A stretch of DNA of 13,765 nucleotides, taken from the NCBI GenBank assembly GCA_045106895.1, contig JBGCFM010000115.1, positions 1 to 13,765 of the forward strand. The letters are read 5' to 3'. Made by a program: the position numbers and the translations under genes. This document shows positions 8,264-13,765 of this stretch, in pieces. Under the pieces are notes generated by a model that saw nothing but the letters and a program-made list of their open reading frames with translations, searched no databases and had not been told where the DNA came from. Origin of the DNA: Polyangiales bacterium. Lineage in GTDB: Bacteria > Myxococcota_A > Polyangia > Polyangiales > Houyiibacteriaceae. Positions within the stretch are counted from its first letter, which is position 1. Every line of letters starts with the position of its first letter.

Positions 8264-8355
8264 CCAAACGGTTTACGCCCGACCTCGGGTGGCAGCCACT
8301 CTCAAATTCGCGAAGCCCATTCGCTCGTTTGCTCGAATGCCTGGTACACCTTGGC

Positions 8356-9753
8356 ATGTTTGGTCGGCCGCTCATCTTTGTCTTCGTCACGTTGACGGCG
8401 TGCGGCGGAGCTCCTGCCCGGGTTCTCGAAGCGGAATCGCGCGCTCCGGAGCCTGCCGAAGAGGGGCCTGCCGAAGAGGCAGCACAAACGGTGACTTTGT
8501 CTTGCGACGAAGCGGAGGCGGTGGTCGTCCCAGCGCGGAGCCAAGAGGAGATGCGGGCCATGGCCGTGGAGCTCACGCTCGCCGAAGCCGCAACGCCTGC
8601 GCTGGTGGTGACGCACGAAATGCCGAGGCTTCGCGGGCGCCGTTTCTATGTGTATGAGGACACGGACAACCTTGGCGTCGGCCAGCGCTGTGCAGCTCTG
8701 CCGGGCGTAGACGATGACGTCCACGAGTTGCTTTTGCGGGTGAACGGTCCGCGAGATTCGGACGGCGTGCGCGAGTACCACGAGATCCTGGCCGGATATG
8801 GCATCACGGAGACCGGCGGAGGCAGCGAAGGGCCTGGGTTTGGGACCGCCTTTGGCGACGCGAGATCCCTCGACCACCGGCTGGTTCGTGCCGACGCGGA
8901 GCATCGAATCTATGCGTCCGGAGTGACGCGCCGCCATCTCGCTTGCCGGCGGGAGTCTCGGAGCGCCACGTGCCCCGGGGGCGGAGAAGCGAGCTGCACG
9001 GCCATGGCGCCGGCGGTGATCTCTACGGCGCTCAGTCCCAGCCTCGGCGGCTTCGGCAGCGGAGGCGTCGGCTCGATCTCAAGCACTCAATGCCAGGCCA
9101 CGTGCGAAGAAACGGAGTGCGCCGAGGCCCTCGGCGACGATGTACATCGGACTATTCGACAGGTCTACGAGCCGGACGCTTCGACGCTCGGGATCTTTCG
9201 TTCGCGTGGAGCGTGCCGTGCCTACGCGAGGGAACGCGCGCCTTTGCTGCCGCGCATCGCCGCGGCGACGGGTGAGTGTGACTGTGAGCGCTGCGAGCGT
9301 TCCGACGACGAGTCGTGTTTCAGCGAGTGTGAAGCGGCCTGCGAAGAGAGGAACGAGGAGCTGCTCAATGCGCCTGAGCTCACCACCGGCGCGTTCACGC
9401 AGGTCGCCATGGTCACGAGCACGCAGACGGCGCAGCCTGCGGCGATCCACGCGAATGAGGCGCGAGCACGCATCGCGGCGTATCGGGTCTGCGCCCAGGA
9501 AGCCCTCGACGCTCACCGCACAGAAGAGCCCTTTGTCGCGTGGCACGCTGTTCGATGGACCATCGATGACGAAGGACGCGTCGGGCATCAGCTGCAAGGC
9601 GAGGAACTTCCGGAGTCGCTTGGGCACGGGCTGGAAGCGTGTCTCGCGGCGTCGGCACAGGGTGCGCTGGCTGCTGGCGAGGCGAGCGAATTTGCGGTTC
9701 AAGTGAGAATGCTCCTCGGCGCGGCCCAGCCCAGCCCAGCCACGGCGGAGTAG
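8356..9753 (+). CDS. Cys-rich lipoprotein with a C-terminal AgmX/PglI (TonB-C-like) domain
   Basis: ORF 8329..9753; the ATG at 8356 is preferred because it gives the lipobox TLTA-C-GG. Cys clusters CQATCEETEC and CDCERC...CFSECEAAC. The C-terminus RARIAAYRVCAQEAL...VRWTIDDEGRV...LEACL fits the AgmX/PglI-type C...WxIxxxG...C pattern. Confidence 0.62.
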   Translation: MFGRPLIFVFVTLTACGGAPARVLEAESRAPEPAEEGPAEEAAQTVTLSCDEAEAVVVPARSQEEMRAMAVELTLAEAATPALVVTHEMPRLRGRRFYVYEDTDNLGVGQRCAALPGVDDDVHELLLRVNGPRDSDGVREYHEILAGYGITETGGGSEGPGFGTAFGDARSLDHRLVRADAEHRIYASGVTRRHLACRRESRSATCPGGGEASCTAMAPAVISTALSPSLGGFGSGGVGSISSTQCQATCEETECAEALGDDVHRTIRQVYEPDASTLGIFRSRGACRAYARERAPLLPRIAAATGECDCERCERSDDESCFSECEAACEERNEELLNAPELTTGAFTQVAMVTSTQTAQPAAIHANEARARIAAYRVCAQEALDAHRTEEPFVAWHAVRWTIDDEGRVGHQLQGEELPESLGHGLEACLAASAQGALAAGEASEFAVQVRMLLGAAQPSPATAE

Positions 9754-9804
9754 CCAGGGCGGACGAATGTGGCCCTTGGGCGGAGCGCGTGCCATGAGTA
9801 GCCC

Positions 9805-10221
9805 ATGGACGAAACGCCCGAGGAGGAACTCCATCCGTGGATCACACGCGTCCACGATTCGTTGCACATTCAGCGCTACCCCCTCGACCTGAGCGACGAG
9901 TCGATTCGGGAATTCGTGGACTACAGCGAGCGTTTCATCCTCGCTCTTCCGACTCCTTATGCGTGGGTTGTGGAGATCGAAGGGCTCGTGCGGGCGCCTC
10001 GCCGCCAGCGGCAGCTCGTCCAAGACCTCGGCACGAAACTCTCCTCCTACGCGGCGAAACACTCCGCCGGCACCGCGATCGTGGCCAAAGGGATGATGCT
10101 CCGCGGACTCGTGAAAACGCAGTACCTAGTGAAGGCTCCAGTGTTTCCTGTGAAGGTCGTGGACACGACTGAGCGCGGCATTCAGTGGGCCAAAGACCAG
10201 CTTGCCGCGCGCGAGTCCTAA
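9805..10221 (+). CDS. STAS/SEC14 (SpoIIAA-like) domain protein
   Basis: 138 aa with PYAWVVEI...RRQRQ...GTAIVAKGMMLRGLV...PVKVVDTTERGIQWA, the typical pattern of stand-alone myxobacterial STAS/SEC14 proteins. Confidence 0.72.
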   Translation: MDETPEEELHPWITRVHDSLHIQRYPLDLSDESIREFVDYSERFILALPTPYAWVVEIEGLVRAPRRQRQLVQDLGTKLSSYAAKHSAGTAIVAKGMMLRGLVKTQYLVKAPVFPVKVVDTTERGIQWAKDQLAARES

Positions 10222-10222
10222 A

Positions 10223-10258
10223 CGAAGCCAAGTGTTCCTTGAGGGCACGCCGGCTTCG
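10223..10258. other. Intergenic stem-loop
   Basis: Outer stem CGAAGCC (10223-10229) / GGCTTCG (10252-10258) encloses an inner GTGTTC/GGGCAC stem with G-U pairs. It starts directly after the stop at 10221. Confidence 0.45.
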
Positions 10259-10275
10259 AACTAGGGAACGCCCCC

Positions 10276-10716
10276 ATGACGAAGCAAGAGTTCAGCACGA
10301 GACTAATCCGCGATGAAGACACCTCCGTGTGCGCCATCGAGCTTCCTTTCGAGCCAAAGGAAGCGTTCGGTAAGTTCCGCGCGCCGGTCCGCGTCGAGAT
10401 CAACGACCATCTCTTCCGTGCGACGACGTTCCGGCGAGGTGGCCGTGATTTCGTCGCCATGAATCGGGCGAGTCGCGACGCCGCGTCCATCGAAGTCGGC
10501 GATATGCTCTCCGTGGAGATGGAGCTGGATACCGACGTGAAGCTCATCGAGGCGCCAGAGGATCTAAAGCAGGCGCTCCGTCGACGAAAGTCTCATCAGT
10601 CCGGCTGGGACAAGCTGAGTTACGAGGAGCAGAAGGCCCACGTGGAGACGCTGGACGCCGCCAAGCGGCCGGAGATCCGAAAGCGCCGCATTCACAAGCT
10701 CCTCAAGCTGCTCTGA
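10276..10716 (+). CDS. DUF1905 plus YdeI/OmpD-associated (OmdA) family protein
   Basis: N-terminal IELPFEPKEAFGKFRAPVRVEINDHLFRAT...GDMLSVEMELD (DUF1905) and C-terminal PEDLKQAL...WDKLSYEEQK...AKRPEIRKRRI (YdeI/OmdA). Confidence 0.88.
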   Translation: MTKQEFSTRLIRDEDTSVCAIELPFEPKEAFGKFRAPVRVEINDHLFRATTFRRGGRDFVAMNRASRDAASIEVGDMLSVEMELDTDVKLIEAPEDLKQALRRRKSHQSGWDKLSYEEQKAHVETLDAAKRPEIRKRRIHKLLKLL

Positions 10717-10747
10717 GAGCCGGGGTTCCAGAGCCGGGGTCCCAGAG
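10717..10747. repeat. 14-bp tandem repeat (about 2.2 copies)
   Basis: GAGCCGGGGTTCCA (10717-10730), GAGCCGGGGTCCCA (10731-10744), then GAG. Confidence 0.75.
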
Positions 10748-10824
10748 GTCGCGGCTTGAGGCATCCGGGGAGGTGGCAATAATCACCATGTCGGGCTGCA
10801 TGCGATTTCCGTTACGATCCTCGG

Positions 10825-13536
10825 ATGCGCACTTCTCTCTTTCTCCTTCCGTTATTTGTTCTCGTGGGCTGTCCGGGGGAGCAGGACCCCACCGCCGACG
10901 CAGGGCTCTTCGACGCTTCCGTCGACACGAGCGGCGACGGGGGCTCATCGGCGATGGCCACGGCAGGACAGCTCATCAGCGCAGAGCTCAACGCCGGCGC
11001 CACGACGATGGAGGGCTTCTTCACCGTTGAGGCGAACGGAACGCCCGGCGCTGTGATGGCGACCATCGAATACAGTGGAGAAGGGGCGCCGGAGACGGAG
11101 GAGCTCATCGCCGAGGCCCCACAAGTCGTGCGTGCCATCTTCGAGAGCGACGACGAGGAGCTCATCCTGCCACCGACCCCTGAGGGCGGACTCACGTTGC
11201 ACATTGGGGATTCGTTTAGCGTTGACGTGGCGCGGCACTTCGACGGCATGTTCGGCGAGCTCGAGGTGGCCCTCGACCAGACCATCGGCGGGTTTGAGGT
11301 GATCGTTCAAGGAGCGCCTGGCGCGATGCTCGGCGTCGACGCCCTCGATGTTCGCGTGAGCGCGGAGGGCGAAGGCTGGGAGGAGGATGTGGTCTTGTCC
11401 TTCGTCGCTGAGCGCTACATCTTCACCGCAGAGGTCAACGCGAGGGCGTTCGAGTTCGACCACAGCATCGAGGCGCGGCTCCTTGGCGACGGAGACAGGA
11501 CCCTTGCGATGTTGCGCGAGGAGGGTCGAGCCGCGAATGAAACGAGCGTCATCGACGAGGTGACCTTCGCTCCAGGCATGGTCACCGTACGTGCTGCGCG
11601 ATTCGAAGCGCCCTGCGACCTCGTTGCGGAGAACGGAATCTGTCTTGGCGCACGTCTCAGGGACCTAGGCGGCGAGACCGTGTCCTCCGTCAGCCTCGAC
11701 GAAGTGGGGACCATCGCCGAGCGGCTCTTTGTCGGCGGCTCCGGCATGGATGCGGAAGAGGTCATCGTCGAACTCCTCGACGAGACCGGTGGCGTGCTCA
11801 CGCAGATTGAGGGCGCATCGAGGGACGGCCACCTTGTGGCCGCTGTGGCGGGCCGAGTTGACGGCGAAGTCGCTTTGGACCTTCGTGACACGGCGGGCCT
11901 GCGCCGTGACCGCGCGATCAATGGAGACACGGATCCCTTTACGATGGTTTCCGTCGTGGGTCCCATCGCTTCCCACGTCGCGAGCGTCCGGGTACGCGCC
12001 GACGGCGCTGCGCCGGAAGAAGGAATCGAACTTGGCTTCTACGCGGAGTGGGTCGACGCGGAGATCCCATTCAACGGCGCGCCCCCGGAGATCTTCGTTG
12101 AACTCACGACGCCCGAAGGAGATGTCGTGGACAGCGCTGGCGGCACCGTGCGCGGAGTGATGTTCAGTCTCTCGAAAGAGCAGCGACGTTTGCGCATCCG
12201 ACGGCGGATTCGGAAGCGTATCTCGGGGACAGCAGATCGGCCGGACGTGATGCCACCAGAGCCGAACTTCACGGTGCTCAGCGCGGAGCTCGTAGAGGAA
12301 GGTGGCGCCAGCCTCGTCGTCATTGGACGTGGTGATGGTGAGGTGGAGTCGCTGACCTACCAGCTCGAGGGCGAAGGCATCGACGTGAGCGGTACGCTCG
12401 GACCCGCCGGCATTGGGCGCGCGCATTACACGGGGGCCAACCCGGGCGCAGGAAACGTGATCATTGGGGGCCGAGAGTTCCCCTACACAAGCGACCTCGA
12501 GTCCCAGGCCTTTGGCGACGACACGGACATTCTTGTGATCATCGATGCTCGTGACGACTCGCGCCTCGACGTGCGCGTCGAGGGACCCGCCGCGGCGATG
12601 GAGAGCATCGGCGCTGTTCCCGGGGCCAGCATCGTCATGGTGGGCGATGAAGCGCTCGCCTACACGGACTACGACCAAGGCTGGTTCGTGAATGTGCCGG
12701 AGCTCTCGCCGGCGCCGGACTACTTGGGACGCAGCGTGCGCGTGGAAGGAGTCGCCACACTCAGCGAAGGGGGACAGGCGCCCTTCAGCTTTGTGAAGGA
12801 CTTCGGCGCACCGAGCGTCCTTGAAGAAGTGGTGGTACACGCCGATGACGACGAGTTCCTCGCGGCGGTGAGCGTCTACTTTGAAGACGAAATGGAGCCT
12901 TCGGGCATCTCCCTCAGCGTACATGGTGACGAGGGCGAGGTCTTGAACGCGGAAGCTGCCCTGCCCCTCGCCATTGAGCGTGTCTTTGAGGCGAGCATCG
13001 AGCTGACGGATCTCAACGACGTATTGCTAAGCGTCGCCTTGAGCGGCGAGATGGGGTCTCTCTTCGAAGGTCCCGCCATCGATATGAGCATCGGCGAAGG
13101 CTGGCGAGAGGTGGACATGGGCGAGCGCGCGATCAGCGTGCGCCTCGATCGCGATGAAGGCGCGACGACGGGCACCGTGCGCGTCTCCCTCGTCGCCGAA
13201 GAAGGCCTTGTTGGTTCCGTGGCCAGCGTTCAGGAGGTCATCGACGTGGATATCACCCTCGACCAGGGCGAGGGGCCCCAAGGGACGGCCCTCGCGCGCG
13301 TGGGCGACCGGCTCGGCTACAACGTTGTGGCCGACGCTCCCGGCTTTGGAGCGATGCTCGCCGAAGGCGCTTTGTCCGCGACGGTGATGGTCATGGTGGA
13401 AGGGCGCGGGCCGGAAGGCGGTACGAGCCCCATCGGCGATACGCCGGCGGTGATCATGGGGAAGAAGTTCGTCAAGAAGTTCAAGGGCAAGACGAAGTTT
13501 GACCGCAAGATGAACGAGAGCTTCACGGACAACTAG
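10825..13536 (+). CDS. Large acidic, beta-rich lipoprotein of unknown function; two homologous modules, each ending in a cationic peptide
   Basis: 903-aa ORF with lipobox VLVG-C-PG and a DAG linker. Asp/Glu/Val/Gly-rich throughout, except SKEQRRLRIRRRIRKRISGTADRP in the middle and GKKFVKKFKGKTKFDRK near the C-terminus. Confidence 0.85.
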   Translation: MRTSLFLLPLFVLVGCPGEQDPTADAGLFDASVDTSGDGGSSAMATAGQLISAELNAGATTMEGFFTVEANGTPGAVMATIEYSGEGAPETEELIAEAPQVVRAIFESDDEELILPPTPEGGLTLHIGDSFSVDVARHFDGMFGELEVALDQTIGGFEVIVQGAPGAMLGVDALDVRVSAEGEGWEEDVVLSFVAERYIFTAEVNARAFEFDHSIEARLLGDGDRTLAMLREEGRAANETSVIDEVTFAPGMVTVRAARFEAPCDLVAENGICLGARLRDLGGETVSSVSLDEVGTIAERLFVGGSGMDAEEVIVELLDETGGVLTQIEGASRDGHLVAAVAGRVDGEVALDLRDTAGLRRDRAINGDTDPFTMVSVVGPIASHVASVRVRADGAAPEEGIELGFYAEWVDAEIPFNGAPPEIFVELTTPEGDVVDSAGGTVRGVMFSLSKEQRRLRIRRRIRKRISGTADRPDVMPPEPNFTVLSAELVEEGGASLVVIGRGDGEVESLTYQLEGEGIDVSGTLGPAGIGRAHYTGANPGAGNVIIGGREFPYTSDLESQAFGDDTDILVIIDARDDSRLDVRVEGPAAAMESIGAVPGASIVMVGDEALAYTDYDQGWFVNVPELSPAPDYLGRSVRVEGVATLSEGGQAPFSFVKDFGAPSVLEEVVVHADDDEFLAAVSVYFEDEMEPSGISLSVHGDEGEVLNAEAALPLAIERVFEASIELTDLNDVLLSVALSGEMGSLFEGPAIDMSIGEGWREVDMGERAISVRLDRDEGATTGTVRVSLVAEEGLVGSVASVQEVIDVDITLDQGEGPQGTALARVGDRLGYNVVADAPGFGAMLAEGALSATVMVMVEGRGPEGGTSPIGDTPAVIMGKKFVKKFKGKTKFDRKMNESFTDN

Positions 13537-13578
13537 GCGTCATCCGAGCTTTGGCTCTGGCTGCTCTGCTCCCGCGAT

Positions 13579-13764
13579 TTAGTCCCAGCGGGACGAGACT
13601 TCGAAGCCGAAGCTGCGCAGGACACCTTCGCCGTTCCCGCCGCGGCTTTCGATGAGCAGCAAGTACTCGCCGTTGATGGAGTCGTCGCGGTAGAGCGAGC
13701 GGTCGACGAAGCGCGCCGGAATCTCGCCCGCGGCCTGGTCCCAAAGAACGACGGGCTCCTGGCC
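13579..13764 (-). CDS. C-terminus of a proprotein-convertase P-domain-like protein (5' part outside the window)
   Basis: Not in the ORF track. The minus-strand frame reads GQEPVVLWDQAAGEIPARFVDRSLYRDDSINGEYLLLIESRGGNGEGVLRSFGFEVSSRWD*, with stop TAA at 13581-13579. NGEYxLxI...GxLxxFxxx matches the P-domain NGxWxLxVxD...GxLxxWxL pattern. Confidence 0.7.
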   Translation of the reverse strand, partial: GQEPVVLWDQAAGEIPARFVDRSLYRDDSINGEYLLLIESRGGNGEGVLRSFGFEVSSRWD

Positions 13765-13765
13765 G

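Noticed and set aside
10717..10747. CRISPR array
   Set aside because: Units are 14 bp and directly adjacent, with no spacers and no cas genes.
12160..12243. A genuine rplR gene or pseudogene with an internal start at ATG 12160
   Set aside because: Only the N-terminal arm is present, the RLxVFRS core is missing, and no ribosomal operon neighbours are nearby. The upstream GGAG is only 2 nt from the ATG.
12517..12558. DDTDILVIIDARDD resembling the GTPase strand DxxLxVxDAR
   Set aside because: Short hydrophobic strand of low information content, with no GTPase motifs in the right order or spacing.
11665..12924. 419-aa antisense ORF (similarly 6133-7221, 9079-10062, 7622-8395, 1186-1920)
   Set aside because: Shadow ORFs opposite well-supported genes. 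They are expected in high-GC DNA and show no recognisable motifs.

Overview
GC-rich bacterial DNA, most likely from a myxobacterium (Myxococcota). This taxonomy is inferred from the gene types and the 'C-G-D-D...DAG' lipoprotein N-termini. The window holds 10 complete and 2 partial CDSs, mostly cell-envelope genes. On the minus strand, a STAND NTPase-TPR-winged-helix regulator lies between two beta-helix lipoproteins. Further right are a tandem lipocalin-like lipoprotein, a Bor/Iss-family lipoprotein, a small outer-membrane beta-barrel, a Cys-rich lipoprotein with an AgmX/PglI-like C-terminus, a STAS/SEC14-like protein, a DUF1905/YdeI-OmdA protein, a 903-aa acidic lipoprotein and the 3' end of a P-domain-like protein. 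The 903-aa lipoprotein is the most unusual feature. It appears to consist of two ~430-aa homologous modules, each ending in a different strongly cationic peptide. The first peptide closely resembles the N-terminus of ribosomal protein uL18 and is bracketed by GTGATG direct repeats. I saw no RNA genes, CRISPR arrays or mobile elements. All family calls come from motif recognition by eye; no database searches were run.
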